From positions 1 through 51,693 of the forward strand of contig JAZGAE010000098.1 in the NCBI GenBank assembly GCA_036475545.1: a DNA stretch of 51,693 nt, read 5' to 3'. The notes under the pieces are model-generated. The model was not told the origin of the DNA, ran no database searches, and saw only the letters and a program-made list of their open reading frames with translations. Shown piece by piece: positions 22,926 to 34,281 of this stretch. The position numbers and the translations under genes are program-made. The DNA is from Alphaproteobacteria bacterium. GTDB lineage: Bacteria > Pseudomonadota > Alphaproteobacteria > DATDPM01. Position 1 is the first letter of the stretch, and every line of letters begins with the position of its first letter.

Positions 22926-24082
22926 TGGCCAAGGCCGAACCCAGACCCGCGGCGCCGCCGGGGAACACGTCCCTCGCCGCCGTCAAAGGGAAGAAGCCGC
23001 GCCGGCCTGTGGTGGCGGGGCTTGTCTTGAATGCGCTTCCCGATGCGGTGCTGGTGATCGACCCGGAAGGCGAGGTTCGGCACGTCAACCTGGCCGCCGA
23101 GCAGTTCTTCGCCGCCAGCGCCGGGCATCTGTGCACGCGCCGGCTCGACGATCTGGTTCCCGCCGACAGCCCTCTCTTCAGGCTGATCGAACAAGTGCGC
23201 GGCCACGGCAACAGCGTCTCCGAATACGGTGTCACGATTGCGACGCCGAAGATCGGCGACCATTTCGTGACCATTCAGGTCTCGGCGATCGTCGAGGCGC
23301 CGGGCTCAGTCGTGGTGACGCTACGAGAGCGTTCCATCGCCGACAAGATCGACCAGCAGCTCATTCACCGCGGCGCCGCCCGCTCGGTGACCGGGATGGC
23401 CGCCATGCTCGCCCATGAGGTCAAGAACCCGCTCTCCGGCATTCGCGGCGCGGCCCAGCTTCTCGAGCAGGACGCCACGGCGGCGGACCGCAAGCTCACC
23501 CGCCTCATTTGTGAGGAAACCGACCGGATATGCGGGCTCGTCGACAGCATGGAGGTCTTTTCGGAAAAGTGCATAATCGAGCGCGAGCCGGTGAACATCC
23601 ACAGTGTGATCGAGCACGTGCTCCGGCTCGCGAAGAGCGGCTTCGCCCGCGGCGTGCGGATCATCGAGGACTATGATCCTTCCCTGCCGGCGGTCCTGGG
23701 CAACCGGGACCAGCTCGTCCAGGTGCTTCTGAACCTGGTGAAGAACGCCGCCGAGGCGGTTCCCAAAAAGGGCGGTGAGGTTGCCCTTTCCACCGCGTAT
23801 CAGCACGGCGTTCGCCTCGCCGTTCCGGGCAGCTCGAGTCGCATGGGCCTGCCCTTGATAGTGAGTGTTCAGGACAACGGCCCGGGGATTCCCGAGGACC
23901 TGCGCGGATGCCTGTTCGATCCCTTCGTTACCACCAAGGCAGGGGGCACCGGGCTGGGGCTGGCGCTGGTGGCGAAGATCATCAACGACCACGGTGGGAT
24001 CGTCGAGTTCGATAGCGAGCCGCGCCGCACGGTCTTCCGGCTACGGCTGCCCGTCTACCGGGAAGAGGAGGCTGGCCGATGA
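22925..24082 (+). CDS. ntrB: Nitrogen regulation histidine kinase NtrB
   Basis: PAS domain; AHEVKNPL H-box; [25 protein letters not shown]. Confidence 0.95.
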   Translation: MAKAEPRPAAPPGNTSLAAVKGKKPRRPVVAGLVLNALPDAVLVIDPEGEVRHVNLAAEQFFAASAGHLCTRRLDDLVPADSPLFRLIEQVRGHGNSVSEYGVTIATPKIGDHFVTIQVSAIVEAPGSVVVTLRERSIADKIDQQLIHRGAARSVTGMAAMLAHEVKNPLSGIRGAAQLLEQDATAADRKLTRLICEETDRICGLVDSMEVFSEKCIIEREPVNIHSVIEHVLRLAKSGFARGVRIIEDYDPSLPAVLGNRDQLVQVLLNLVKNAAEAVPKKGGEVALSTAYQHGVRLAVPGSSSRMGLPLIVSVQDNGPGIPEDLRGCLFDPFVTTKAGGTGLGLALVAKIINDHGGIVEFDSEPRRTVFRLRLPVYREEEAGR

Positions 24083-25524
24083 CCGACGCGACCATCTTGA
24101 TCGCCGATGACGACCGTGCGATCCGCACGGTGCTGGACCACGCCCTTGTGCGGCTCGGCTACGAGGTGCGGACCACGAGCAACGCCGCCACCCTGTGGCG
24201 TTGGGTGAGCGACGGGCAGGGCGATCTCGTGATCACCGACGTCGTCATGCCCGATGAGAACGGGCTCGACCTGATCCCGCGCATTCGCAAGATCCGGCCC
24301 GAGTTGCAGGTCATTGTGATGAGCGCTCAAAACACGCTCTTGACTGCGGTCAAGGCGACCGAGCGTGGAGCCTTCGACTATCTGCCCAAGCCCTTCGACC
24401 TCAACGAACTGGTGGGGATCGTCCGCCGGGCGCTGATCGAGCCAAGGCATAGCGCCGCCGAGGAGCTCGAGCAGGAGGAGGCGGAAGAGCAGCTGCCGCT
24501 GATCGGCCGCTCGCCCGCGATGCAGGAGATTTACCGGATCCTGGCGCGGCTAATGGGAACCGACCTCACCGTGATCATCGCCGGCGAGTCGGGCACCGGC
24601 AAGGAACTGGTCGCCCGGGCGCTGCACGACTACGGCAAACGCCGCAACGGGCCCTTCGTGGCCATCAACATGGCGGCCATCCCCCGCGAGCTGATCGAGA
24701 GCGAACTGTTCGGGCACGAGAAGGGGGCCTTCACCGGCGCTACCGCGCGCAGTTCCGGCCGCTTCGAGCAAGCGGACGGCGGGACCCTCTTCCTCGACGA
24801 GATTGGCGACATGCCGCTCGAGGCGCAGACCCGCCTGCTGCGGGTGCTGCAGGATGGCGAATACACCACCGTGGGCGGGCGCACGCCGATCCGCGCCAAC
24901 GTGCGCATCATCGCCGCCACCCATCGGGACCTGCGCCAGCTCATCAATAAGGGGCTTTTCCGCGAGGACCTGTTTTACCGGCTCAACGTAGTGCCGATCC
25001 GGCTGCCGCCCCTGCGCGAACGGACCCAGGACATTCCCGCATTGGTTCGTCACTTCTTGGCCAAGTCCGCCGCCGAGGGCCTGCCCCTGAAGAGGCTCGA
25101 TAGCGCGGCCATGGAGCGGTTGAAGGGTTACCGTTGGCCCGGCAACGTGCGTGAGCTCGAGAATCTGGTGCGCCGGCTCGCGGCCCTCTACTCCCACGAG
25201 CTCATTGGCACCGACGTCATCGAGGCCGAACTGACCGACACGGTGCCGCCGGTCGGGGCGGCGGACGCTCTTGAGCCGGCATCCTTGGGGGCGACGGTGG
25301 AACACCTTCTGAGGGCGTATTTCAAAGCGCACAAGGACACCCTGCCGGCGGCGGGCCTCTATGGCCGCGTGCTCAAGGAGGTCGAGCGCCCACTCATTTC
25401 GCTCACCCTGGAGACGACCCGCGGCAACCAGATCAAGGCGGCTCGCCTGCTCGGCGTCAACCGCAACACACTGCGCAAGAAGATTCGTGAATTGGACATC
25501 CAAGTGGTGCGGGGCCTAAAATGA
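24079..25524 (+). CDS. ntrC: Nitrogen regulation response regulator NtrC
   Basis: Receiver domain, [23 protein letters not shown], Fis-type HTH (NRNTLRKK). Confidence 0.96.
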   Translation: MTDATILIADDDRAIRTVLDHALVRLGYEVRTTSNAATLWRWVSDGQGDLVITDVVMPDENGLDLIPRIRKIRPELQVIVMSAQNTLLTAVKATERGAFDYLPKPFDLNELVGIVRRALIEPRHSAAEELEQEEAEEQLPLIGRSPAMQEIYRILARLMGTDLTVIIAGESGTGKELVARALHDYGKRRNGPFVAINMAAIPRELIESELFGHEKGAFTGATARSSGRFEQADGGTLFLDEIGDMPLEAQTRLLRVLQDGEYTTVGGRTPIRANVRIIAATHRDLRQLINKGLFREDLFYRLNVVPIRLPPLRERTQDIPALVRHFLAKSAAEGLPLKRLDSAAMERLKGYRWPGNVRELENLVRRLAALYSHELIGTDVIEAELTDTVPPVGAADALEPASLGATVEHLLRAYFKAHKDTLPAAGLYGRVLKEVERPLISLTLETTRGNQIKAARLLGVNRNTLRKKIRELDIQVVRGLK

Positions 25525-25600
25525 CTGCCCTTTATAGGCGCCGGTTGACGAGGCGCGCCCGGTGTGGGTCCAGCGTGTAACCGGCTGCAGCGGGTTTTTT

Positions 25601-27913
25601 ATGGCGTTAGAAGCTGCGGACGAGACGGCGGGAAAGTCTTCCAACCTGATCCGGAAACTGGGGTCATGGGCGAGCCGCATCGGCCTCGGCCGAAAACTCG
25701 CCTACGCCCTCATCGTCGCCTCCGCGGGGGCTGGGATCGCGACTTACGTGGTGCTGACGGGCTCGCCCCCCTTCGGGCCCGATCCCGGCACGGTCCTCAT
25801 CCTCCTCGTCATCGACCTGATCTTGCTGTTGCTGCTCGGCATCGTCGTGGCATGGCGCATCGTTGCCGTGTGGACGGCTCGCCGCCGGGGCTATGCGGGC
25901 TCGAGGCTCCACGTCCGCCTCGTCCTGCTTTTCGGCCTGGTGGCGGCGACTCCGGCGGTGATCATGGCAGTGTTTTCCGCGTTGTTCTTCGATCTCGGCA
26001 TTCAGGCGTGGTTCTCGGAACGGGTGCGCACGGCGCTCGTGGAATCCGTCGCCGTGGCCGAGGCTTATTTGCAGGAGCATCAACAAGCCATTCGCGCCGA
26101 CGTGCTTGCCATGGCTTACGATGTCAGCAACGAGGGTCCGACGTTGCTCGGCAACCCCAAGCGGTTCGTCCAGATCGTCAACACCCAGACCGCCTTGCGG
26201 TCCTTGTCGGAAGCGGTCGTGTTCGACGGAATGGGCCGGGTGCTGGCGCGGGGAGGGTTGAGTTTCTCGCTCGAGTTCGAGCCCGTCCCTGGCTGGGCCC
26301 TGGAGCAGGCACGGAACGGCGAGGTGGCGATCCTGACCGGGCAGAGCGACGACCGGGTCCGCGCGCTGGTGCGGCTCGACCGATTCTTCGACACCTATCT
26401 TTACGTGGGCCGGCCGATCGATCCCAAGGTTCTCAACCACATGGAGCGAACCCAAAGGGCGGTGCGGGCGTACGAGAAGCTGGAGGGGGAGCGCTCCGGG
26501 CTGCAAGTCACCTTCGCCATGATTTTCGTGCTCGTGGCGCTCCTTCTGCTTCTGGCGGCGATCTGGGTGGGCCTGGCGTTCGCCAATCAACTCGCGCGGC
26601 CCATCAGCAACTTGGTGGCGGCGGCCGAGCGGGTGCGGGCCGGCGACCTCACGGCGCGGGTCGATGAAGGGCCGCGCGAAGACGAATTGGGCTCGTTGAG
26701 CCGCGCCTTCAATCGCATGACCGACCAGCTCGAAAACCAACGCGGCGAACTCGTCGAGGCGAATCGTCAGCTGGACATGCGCAGGCGATTCAGCGAGGCG
26801 GTGCTCTCCGGCGTGTCCGCGGGCGTGATCGGGCTGGATCAAAAAGGGCGCATCAACCTTCCCAATCGCTCTGCCTCGGAGCTGCTCTCGATCGATTTCG
26901 ATCAGCTCATCGGAAAGGAGCTGGCCAAGGTGGTGCCGGAGATGGGTGAGCTGCTGGCCAAGGCTTGCAGCCGCCCCGACCGGCTGATGGAAGCGCAGAT
27001 CAACCTGTCCGCGGGGCGCCGGGTGCGCACCCTGTTCGTCCGCATCGCGGCGGAGCAGGTGGACTCGGAAATCAAGGGTTTCGTCGTGACCTTCGACGAC
27101 GTCACCGAGCTGCTGTCCGCCCAGCGCAAAGCGGCCTGGGCTGACGTGGCGCAGCACATCGCCCACGAGATCAAGAACCCGCTTACCCCGATCCAGCTCT
27201 CGGCCGAGCGGCTCAAGCGCAAGTATCTCAGCCAGATAAAGTCCGACCCGGAAACGTTTACCACCTGCACCGACACCATCGTGCGGCAGGTAGACGACAT
27301 CGGCCGCCTGGTGGACGAATTTTCCTCCTTCGCCAGGATGCCGGCCCCGGTCATGACCGAGGAGGACCTAGGCGAGCTCTGCCACCAGTCCGTGTTCCTT
27401 CAGCGCGGTGCCCACCCCGAGATCGAATTCGATTGTGCGTTGCCTGACGAGCCGGTACGGGTCGTCTGCGACGGCCACCAGATCGGCCAGGTTCTCACCA
27501 ATCTCCTGCAGAACGCCGCGGAGTCGATCGAGGGGCGCAGTCCGCCCAGGAACGGCGAACTCGCGCCCGGCCACGTCGCGGTTCGCATCCTGCCGGAGGG
27601 GGAGCGGATCGTCGTGGAGGTCGATGACAACGGACGCGGTCTCCCCCGGGACGTTCGCGAGCGCCTGACCGAGCCCTATGTCACGACGCGGCTGAAGGGC
27701 ACCGGCCTGGGCCTCGCGATCGCCAAGAAAATCATGGAAGATCATCGCGGCGAACTCCTTCTCGAAGATCGCGAAGGCGGCGGCGCCCGGGTCAGCCTGA
27801 TCTTCCGGCAGGATCTTCTCGATGTCGAGGCGGCGACGGAGGCCGGCCGGAAGAGGCCGGGAAAGGCCGGGACGGCGCCTCGGACGCGTGAGGTTTCGAC
27901 CCATGGCGGATGA
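25601..27913 (+). CDS. ntrY: Sensor histidine kinase NtrY
   Basis: TM helices, HAMP, PAS, AHEIKNPLTPIQLSAERL, GTGLGL; follows ntrC. Confidence 0.94.
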   Translation: MALEAADETAGKSSNLIRKLGSWASRIGLGRKLAYALIVASAGAGIATYVVLTGSPPFGPDPGTVLILLVIDLILLLLLGIVVAWRIVAVWTARRRGYAGSRLHVRLVLLFGLVAATPAVIMAVFSALFFDLGIQAWFSERVRTALVESVAVAEAYLQEHQQAIRADVLAMAYDVSNEGPTLLGNPKRFVQIVNTQTALRSLSEAVVFDGMGRVLARGGLSFSLEFEPVPGWALEQARNGEVAILTGQSDDRVRALVRLDRFFDTYLYVGRPIDPKVLNHMERTQRAVRAYEKLEGERSGLQVTFAMIFVLVALLLLLAAIWVGLAFANQLARPISNLVAAAERVRAGDLTARVDEGPREDELGSLSRAFNRMTDQLENQRGELVEANRQLDMRRRFSEAVLSGVSAGVIGLDQKGRINLPNRSASELLSIDFDQLIGKELAKVVPEMGELLAKACSRPDRLMEAQINLSAGRRVRTLFVRIAAEQVDSEIKGFVVTFDDVTELLSAQRKAAWADVAQHIAHEIKNPLTPIQLSAERLKRKYLSQIKSDPETFTTCTDTIVRQVDDIGRLVDEFSSFARMPAPVMTEEDLGELCHQSVFLQRGAHPEIEFDCALPDEPVRVVCDGHQIGQVLTNLLQNAAESIEGRSPPRNGELAPGHVAVRILPEGERIVVEVDDNGRGLPRDVRERLTEPYVTTRLKGTGLGLAIAKKIMEDHRGELLLEDREGGGARVSLIFRQDLLDVEAATEAGRKRPGKAGTAPRTREVSTHGG

Positions 27914-29309
27914 TATTCTGATCGTCGACGACGAAGCCGACATCTGCATGTTGATGTCGGGGGTGCTCAGGGACGAGGGCTACCGCACCCGGGAGGCCAG
28001 CGACGGCGAGAGCGCGCTTGGCGCGCTGCGGGCACGGCCGCCCAACCTCGTCCTTCTCGACATCTGGCTGCAGGGAAGCGAGATGGATGGTATCGAGTTG
28101 CTCGATATCTTCCGGGCGGACCATCCCGGCGTTCCTGTGGTGATGATCAGCGGCCACGGAACCATCGAGACGGCGGTGTTGGCCATCAAAAAGGGGGCCT
28201 ACGACTTCATCGAAAAGCCGTTCAAGGCCGACCGCTTGCTGCTGGTGGTGAAGAGGGCCATCGAGGCCGCACGGCTTCGCCGCGAGAACGAGGAGCTCAG
28301 GTTTCGCGCCGGCGGCGACGCGGATCTCACCGGCGACTCGGCGGCGGTCAACCAGCTACGCCAGATCATCGACCGGGTCGCCCCTACCGGGAGCCGCGTG
28401 CTGATCACCGGCCCCGCGGGCGCGGGCAAGGAAGTGGTCGCGCGCATGATCCACGCGCGCTCGGCGAGGGCCACGGGGCCGTTCGTGGTGGTCAACTGCG
28501 CCATCATGCGGCCCGACCGTTTCGAGCACGAGCTTTTCGGTACCGAGGCCGGGCCCGAGGGATCGGGCGGCCCGCGTCAGATCGGCACTTTCGAACGGGC
28601 CAATGGCGGCACCCTGTTCCTGGACGAGGTCGCGGACATGCCGCTCGAGACCCAGGGCAAGATCGTGCGGGTGTTGCAGGAGCAGACCTTCCAGCGCGTG
28701 GGGGGCACCGACCCGGTAGCGGTCGACGTTCGTGTCATATCGTCGTCGAACAGGGACCTGGCGGAGGAGATGACGAAGGGAAAGTTCCGGGAAGACCTGT
28801 TCTACCGCCTGAGCGTCGTCCCCATTCAGGTGCCGTCGCTCACTGAACGGCGCGAGGACATCCCCGAGCTGGTCCGGCATTTCATGGCTCGGTCGGCCGA
28901 AGTCGCTGGTTTGCCGCCGCGCGAGCTCGGCGCGGACGCCATGGCCGCGCTGCAGAGCTACGAGTGGAAGGGCAACGTCCGCCAACTGCGGAACGTGATC
29001 GACTGGCTGCTGATCATGGCGCCGGGCGACCCGAGCGAGCGGGTCCGGGCGGACACGCTGCCGCCCGAGATAACCGGCAAGACACCTAACGTGCTCCAAT
29101 CGGACAACGGCGGCGAGATCATGTCGCTTCCGCTGAGAGAGGCGCGGGAGGTTTTCGAGAAGGAATATCTCACCGCTCAGGTTACGCGCTTCGGCGGCAA
29201 CATCTCGCGCACGGCCGCCTTCGTCGGGATGGAGCGTTCGGCGCTCCACCGCAAGTTGAAGTCCCTCGGTCTTCAACTGGGCGATCGGTCCCAGAACGCC
29301 CGGGCCTGA
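27903..29309 (+). CDS. ntrX: Response regulator NtrX
   Basis: LLDIWL receiver, AAA+ domain without GAFTGA, MERSALHRKL HTH. Confidence 0.94.
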   Translation: MADDILIVDDEADICMLMSGVLRDEGYRTREASDGESALGALRARPPNLVLLDIWLQGSEMDGIELLDIFRADHPGVPVVMISGHGTIETAVLAIKKGAYDFIEKPFKADRLLLVVKRAIEAARLRRENEELRFRAGGDADLTGDSAAVNQLRQIIDRVAPTGSRVLITGPAGAGKEVVARMIHARSARATGPFVVVNCAIMRPDRFEHELFGTEAGPEGSGGPRQIGTFERANGGTLFLDEVADMPLETQGKIVRVLQEQTFQRVGGTDPVAVDVRVISSSNRDLAEEMTKGKFREDLFYRLSVVPIQVPSLTERREDIPELVRHFMARSAEVAGLPPRELGADAMAALQSYEWKGNVRQLRNVIDWLLIMAPGDPSERVRADTLPPEITGKTPNVLQSDNGGEIMSLPLREAREVFEKEYLTAQVTRFGGNISRTAAFVGMERSALHRKLKSLGLQLGDRSQNARA

Positions 29310-29379
29310 CCGGCAGGGGGACGGACATGTCCGCGCGTCCCGGCATCCATCCGGCTCGTTTGCCCATAGCTGATACGCC

Positions 29380-30756
29380 ATGAAGGTCATCATCTGCGGA
29401 GCCGGCCAGGTTGGCGCGAGCATCGCGCGGCAACTGGCGGCGGAAGAGAACGACGTCACCGTCATCGACCAGTCGGAGGAGCTGGTCCGCACGCTGACCG
29501 ATTCCCTCGACGTCCAGGGGGTCGTCGGTTTCGCCTCTCATCCCGACGTCCTTGAAAGGGCGGGCGCGGCGGACGCCGACATGCTGATCGCGGTGACCCG
29601 CGAGGACGAGATCAACATGATCGCCTGCCAGGTCGCCCACTCGCTGTTCAACGTGCCGACCAAGATCGCCCGCGTCCGCGAGGAGAGCTACCTGCAGCCG
29701 ATCTGGGCCGATCTCTTCAGCCGCGAGAACATGCCGATCGACGTCATCATCTCGCCGGAGATCGAGATCGCCCGCGCGATCGGGCGGCGCCTGCAGGCGC
29801 CGGGGGCGTTCGACATGATTCCGCTCGCAGACGGAAAGGTCCGGGTGATCGGGGTGCACTGTACCGAGGAGTGCCCGATCCTCAACACGCCGCTGCGCCA
29901 GCTCACGGGACTCTTCCCCGATCTGAACATCGTGGTCGTCTTGATCATCCGCGATGGCCAACCACTGCCAAGGGACGAAAACGCCCAGATGCTTGCCGGG
30001 GACGACGTCTATTTCGTCGCCGACAGCGAGCACGTCTCTCGCGTCATGGCGCTATTCGGCCACGAAGAGCCCGAGGCCCGGCGCATCGTCATCGCTGGCG
30101 CCGGCAACATAGGCCTTTACCTCGCTCATATGATCGAGGAGGAACATCCCGCGGCGAGACTCAAGGTCATCGAACGCGATAAGCAGATCGCGGAACGCGC
30201 CACGCAGGCGTTGTCGCGGGCGGTGGTTATCAACGGCAGCGCGATCGATCCCGAAATCATGGCCGAGGCCAACGTCGGCAAGGCCGAAACCGCCGTCTTC
30301 GTGACCAACAGCGACGAGGTCAATGTTCTCGCGTCGCTGCTCGCCAAGCGTCAAGGCTGCCACCGCACGGTGACGCTCGTTAACAACCCCGTGTTCGGGC
30401 CGCTCCTCTACAGCCTCGAGATCGACGTCGTCGTCAACCCGCGGGTGATCACGGTCTCCACCATACTTCAGCATGTGCGCCGGGGCCGGATTCGCTCCGT
30501 ACACACGCTTGGCGAGGGATTCGGCGAGATCGTCGAGGCGGACGCCCTTGAGACCTCTCCGCTTGTGGGTCCGCCCTTGAGGGAGATCGACCTTCCCGAG
30601 GGCGTCGTCGTTGGAGCGTTGGTGCGTGATGACGAAGTGATCATCCCGGGCGGCGACACCGTCATTAAGGTCAAGGATCGCATCGTGCTCTTCGCTGCGC
30701 CGGCGGCGGTCAAGAAGGTCACGAGGATGTTCGCGGTCCGTCTCGAGTATTTCTAG
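29380..30756 (+). CDS. trkA: Trk potassium uptake NAD-binding subunit
   Basis: Two RCK domains (GAGQVG, GAGNIG), 458 aa. Confidence 0.94.
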   Translation: MKVIICGAGQVGASIARQLAAEENDVTVIDQSEELVRTLTDSLDVQGVVGFASHPDVLERAGAADADMLIAVTREDEINMIACQVAHSLFNVPTKIARVREESYLQPIWADLFSRENMPIDVIISPEIEIARAIGRRLQAPGAFDMIPLADGKVRVIGVHCTEECPILNTPLRQLTGLFPDLNIVVVLIIRDGQPLPRDENAQMLAGDDVYFVADSEHVSRVMALFGHEEPEARRIVIAGAGNIGLYLAHMIEEEHPAARLKVIERDKQIAERATQALSRAVVINGSAIDPEIMAEANVGKAETAVFVTNSDEVNVLASLLAKRQGCHRTVTLVNNPVFGPLLYSLEIDVVVNPRVITVSTILQHVRRGRIRSVHTLGEGFGEIVEADALETSPLVGPPLREIDLPEGVVVGALVRDDEVIIPGGDTVIKVKDRIVLFAAPAAVKKVTRMFAVRLEYF

Positions 30757-30875
30757 CCGCATGGCTGGCCACGCACGAAAGGCGCCGGGCCTTGCGGCGG
30801 CGGCGGGCCCGCCCTGTTCAAAGCGCCCATTGTTCGCCGAAACGGAGTCCGGATGATCTTGTTGCAGGGGTGCCC

Positions 30876-31739
30876 ATGTCGCGAATCGCTTACGTGAACG
30901 GCCTTTATGTGCCTCACGGAAGTGCGGCCGTGCATGTCGAGGACCGCGGTTATCAGTTCGCCGACGGCGTCTACGAGGTCGTCGGCGTGCGCAACGGCCG
31001 GCTCATCGACGAGGAGCTCCACCTCGACCGCCTGGACCGCTCGCTCGCCGAGCTCGCCATCGCGCGGCCGATGTCGCGGGCGGCGCTCAAGCTGGTGATG
31101 CGGGAGATGCTGCGCCGCAACCGGGTGCGGGACGGCATGCTCTACGTTCAGATGACCCGCGGGGTGGCGCGCCGTGACCACGCCATTCCCGAGCGCTGTA
31201 CGACCTCGGTCGTCATGACCGCGCGTCGGGCGAAGGCCGTGAGGCTGGAGGATCTCCGCGAGGGAGTCTCCGTCATCACCATTCCGGACATCCGTTGGGA
31301 AAGGTGTGATATCAAGACGATATCGCTACTTGCTAATGTCTTGGGAAAACAGAAGGCGTGTGCGGCCGGAGTCTACGAGGCTTGGCAGGTGGACGCCCAG
31401 GGCTTCGTGACCGAGGGCACCGCCAGCAACGCCTGGATCGTCACCAAGGACGGCCAACTCGTCACCCGCCATACGGACCACGCCATCTTGAGCGGCGTTG
31501 CCCGCCGCTCTCTTCTTGGGCTGGCTAAGGAGGAGGGCCTCGCCCTCGTCGAGCGGCCCTTCACGGTAGAGGAGGCCAGGGCGGCGCGGGAGGCTTTCAT
31601 CACGAGCACGATGTCCTATATCCTCCCTGTCGTCGAGATCGACGGTGCCGTTGTCGGGAGTGGCCAACCGGGGCCTGTCACGCGCAGGCTGCAGGACCGT
31701 TACATGAGCTATGTCGACGGCCCGGGGGCGCGGGCGTGA
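30876..31739 (+). CDS. dat: D-amino-acid aminotransferase (PLP class IV)
   Basis: EDRGYQFADGVYE, RCDIKT, EGTASN, ILSG. Confidence 0.9.
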   Translation: MSRIAYVNGLYVPHGSAAVHVEDRGYQFADGVYEVVGVRNGRLIDEELHLDRLDRSLAELAIARPMSRAALKLVMREMLRRNRVRDGMLYVQMTRGVARRDHAIPERCTTSVVMTARRAKAVRLEDLREGVSVITIPDIRWERCDIKTISLLANVLGKQKACAAGVYEAWQVDAQGFVTEGTASNAWIVTKDGQLVTRHTDHAILSGVARRSLLGLAKEEGLALVERPFTVEEARAAREAFITSTMSYILPVVEIDGAVVGSGQPGPVTRRLQDRYMSYVDGPGARA

Positions 31740-32428
31740 TAGAAGGCGAGGCGCGCTCCGTTATTTCTCGTCCGAAGGCGATCCTGCTCGACTGGGACAA
31801 CACCCTCGTCGACAACTCGGAGTCCATTCACGAGGCCATGACCGCGACCCTCTTGGGGATGGGGCACGCGCCGTGGCCGTTGGCGGAGACCCAGCGCCGG
31901 GCCCGGCGATCGCTGCGCGAGAGTTTTCCTGAAATATTCGGCGATCAATGGGAGCGGGCCAGGGAAATCTTCCATCAACGCTTTGCCGCGGACCACCTGA
32001 ACGGGCTCAAGACCAGTCCCGGCGCGGAAGACATGCTGGCGGGACTCGCGGCGCGAGGCATCTACCTGGCGGTGGTCAGCAACAAGACGGGCTCGTATCT
32101 ACGCAGGGAGGCCGCTCATTTGGGTTGGGACCGGTATTTCGGGGCGATCGTCGGCGCGACCGACGCCGAGGCGGACAAACCCGCCGTCGCGCCGGTGGAC
32201 CTGGCGCTGGCGAAAAGCGGCGTCGTCCGGGGACGAAGCGTTTGGTTCGTGGGCGACGGAGCCGTCGACATGGACTGCGCCCACCGGGCCGGCTGCGTCG
32301 CGGTACTTCTCCGCGGGCAGCCGCCGGGAGAGCATGAGTTCGCACCCAACCCCCCGGACCGGCACGTGACGTCCTGTGCGGATCTGGCCGCCTTCGTGGA
32401 CGCCCTTACGCCCGTGGCGGCACCTTGA
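31736..32428 (+). CDS. HAD-family hydrolase (phosphoglycolate phosphatase-like)
   Basis: DWDNTL motif I, SNK, KP, VGD...D. Confidence 0.9.
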   Translation: MIEGEARSVISRPKAILLDWDNTLVDNSESIHEAMTATLLGMGHAPWPLAETQRRARRSLRESFPEIFGDQWERAREIFHQRFAADHLNGLKTSPGAEDMLAGLAARGIYLAVVSNKTGSYLRREAAHLGWDRYFGAIVGATDAEADKPAVAPVDLALAKSGVVRGRSVWFVGDGAVDMDCAHRAGCVAVLLRGQPPGEHEFAPNPPDRHVTSCADLAAFVDALTPVAAP

Positions 32429-32607
32429 GCGGGGGGCCGAGAAGCCCGCGCGCCTCGATGGTTAATTTTTCCGACTAGAATTGTTATATATAATGGTCAT
32501 GTAAATGGCCGGGGTAACGGCTGCGGGGGGCGAGAGATACATGCCGGTGTCGGCTCCAGCGGACGTGCGGACCCTTGGGGGGCAATAACCATGAACGGGG
32601 TAGTCCC

Positions 32608-32895
32608 ATGGCTGCGGAAAAATCCCAAAATATACAGGACGTGTTCCTCAACTACATTCGTAAGAACAAGACTGCAGTTACGATTTTTCTCGTCAACGGG
32701 GTAAAATTGCAGGGGATCATAACGGCCTTTGATAGCTTCTGCGTGCTCTTGAGGCGCGATGCTCAGTCGCAGCTCGTCTACAAGCACGCGATCTCGACCG
32801 TCATGCCGACGGTCCCGATCCAGCTGTTCGAGCCGGACAAGGAGGCCGAAGAAAAAATCGCGCCGGACAAGGAGGCCGAAGAAAAAATAGATTGA
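32608..32895 (+). CDS. hfq: RNA chaperone Hfq
   Basis: [29 protein letters not shown]. Confidence 0.97.
   Translation: MAAEKSQNIQDVFLNYIRKNKTAVTIFLVNGVKLQGIITAFDSFCVLLRRDAQSQLVYKHAISTVMPTVPIQLFEPDKEAEEKIAPDKEAEEKID
32832..32888 (+). repeat. Tandem duplication (30-bp period) in hfq 3' end
   Basis: GCCGGACAAGGAGGCCGAAGAAAAAAT at 32832 and 32862. Confidence 0.9.
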
Positions 32896-34205
32896 ACGAC
32901 CGTTTCGGAGAGCTTCCGCTTCAGTCCACCGGGCGCGCGCTCGTCATTCACCCTGTCCTTCGCGCCGAGGGCCAAGGAGCGCGCGATCCGGAAGCCTGTC
33001 TCTCCGAGGCCGTCGGGCTCGCCACGGCAATTCACCTTACCGTCTCCCACGCCGAGGTCGTCCGCGTGGGGCGGCCGCAGTCGAGCACCCTGCTGAGGCG
33101 CGGCGCGCTGGACCGCTTCAAGGATCTGGTCGCCGCCGAGGAGATCGGGCTGGCCATCGTCGACACCCGCCTGAGCCCCGTCCAGCAACGGAACCTCGAG
33201 CGCGCATGGGCGTGCAAGGTGATCGACCGAACCGGCCTGATCCTCGAGATCTTCGGCGAGCGGGCCCGGACCCGCGAGGGGAGCCTTCAGGTCGAACTCG
33301 CGGCGCTCACCTATCAGAGAAGCCGGTTGGTCCGGTCGTGGACCCATCTCGAGCGCCAGCGCGGCGGCTACGGCTTCCTCGGCGGCCCCGGCGAATCCCA
33401 GATCGAATCGGACCGCCGCCACATCTCGGAGCGCATCACCAGGATCAAACGCGAGCTCGGTCGGGTCAAGCGCACGCGCGCGCTTCATCGCAAGGCGCGC
33501 CGGCGCGTGCCGTATCCCGTGGTCGCCCTCGTCGGTTACACCAATGCCGGGAAATCAACCCTTTTCAACCGCCTCACCGGGGCCCGGGTTTTCGCCGACG
33601 ACCTTCTGTTCGCGACCCTCGACCCCACCATGCGCGTGGTCGAACTGCCGTCGGGCCAGGCCGCGATCCTCTCCGACACCGTCGGATTCATCTCGGATCT
33701 GCCGACCGACCTGGTGGCCGCCTTTCGCGCCACCCTCGAGGAAGTGCGCGAAGCCGACGTCATCGTCCACGTGCGCGACATCTCGCACCCGGATTCGGAG
33801 GCCCAGAAGCGCGATGTCGAGAGGGTCCTGGAGAAGCTCGGCCTGGGCGTGACCGTGGAGGCCGGCCTCGTTGAGGCGCTGAACAAGATCGACCTCGTGG
33901 GCGGCGAGGCGCGCCGGAAACTCTTCAACCAGGCGGCGCGCAACCCTGACGCGGTGCCGGTCTCGGCGGCGACCGGGGAGCGCTGCGACCGCCTGCTCGC
34001 GCGGCTCGACCAGCGGTTCGTCGACGGGCGCGAGGTGGTCGAAATTGTTGTGGACCTGCGCGATGGCGCGGCCATCGCCTGGCTTTACGACCACGGGGCC
34101 GTGCTCGCGCGGCACGACGACTCCGAATTCGCCCACATCCGCATCGACCTTTCGCCCGCGAACATCGCGCGTTTCGAACGGCGCCAGGTGCAACGGGCGT
34201 CCTAG
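32892..34205 (+). CDS. hflX: GTPase HflX
   Basis: [39 protein letters not shown]; TTG start overlaps hfq stop. Confidence 0.96.
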   Translation: MNDRFGELPLQSTGRALVIHPVLRAEGQGARDPEACLSEAVGLATAIHLTVSHAEVVRVGRPQSSTLLRRGALDRFKDLVAAEEIGLAIVDTRLSPVQQRNLERAWACKVIDRTGLILEIFGERARTREGSLQVELAALTYQRSRLVRSWTHLERQRGGYGFLGGPGESQIESDRRHISERITRIKRELGRVKRTRALHRKARRRVPYPVVALVGYTNAGKSTLFNRLTGARVFADDLLFATLDPTMRVVELPSGQAAILSDTVGFISDLPTDLVAAFRATLEEVREADVIVHVRDISHPDSEAQKRDVERVLEKLGLGVTVEAGLVEALNKIDLVGGEARRKLFNQAARNPDAVPVSAATGERCDRLLARLDQRFVDGREVVEIVVDLRDGAAIAWLYDHGAVLARHDDSEFAHIRIDLSPANIARFERRQVQRAS

Positions 34206-34214
34206 CGGTCGCAG

Positions 34215-34255
34215 CCTCCGGCGCCGTCCGTTCAACTTGACCGGATTACGCTCTA
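34215..34255. repeat. Solo terminal fragment of MITE family A
   Basis: CCTCCGGCGCCGTCCGTTCAACTTGACCGGATTACGCTCTA matches 118-158 and the reverse complement of 51423-51463. Confidence 0.85.
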
Positions 34256-34281
34256 GTCCGCGGCGGCAGGCCCGCTCCGCG

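Noticed and set aside
27903-29309. Missing GAFTGA motif in an NtrC-like protein
   Set aside because: Normal for NtrX.
29380-30756. trkA without adjacent trkH
   Set aside because: The ntrX-trkA-dat-hfq-hflX order without trkH is, as I recall, known in rhizobia; trkH may be elsewhere.
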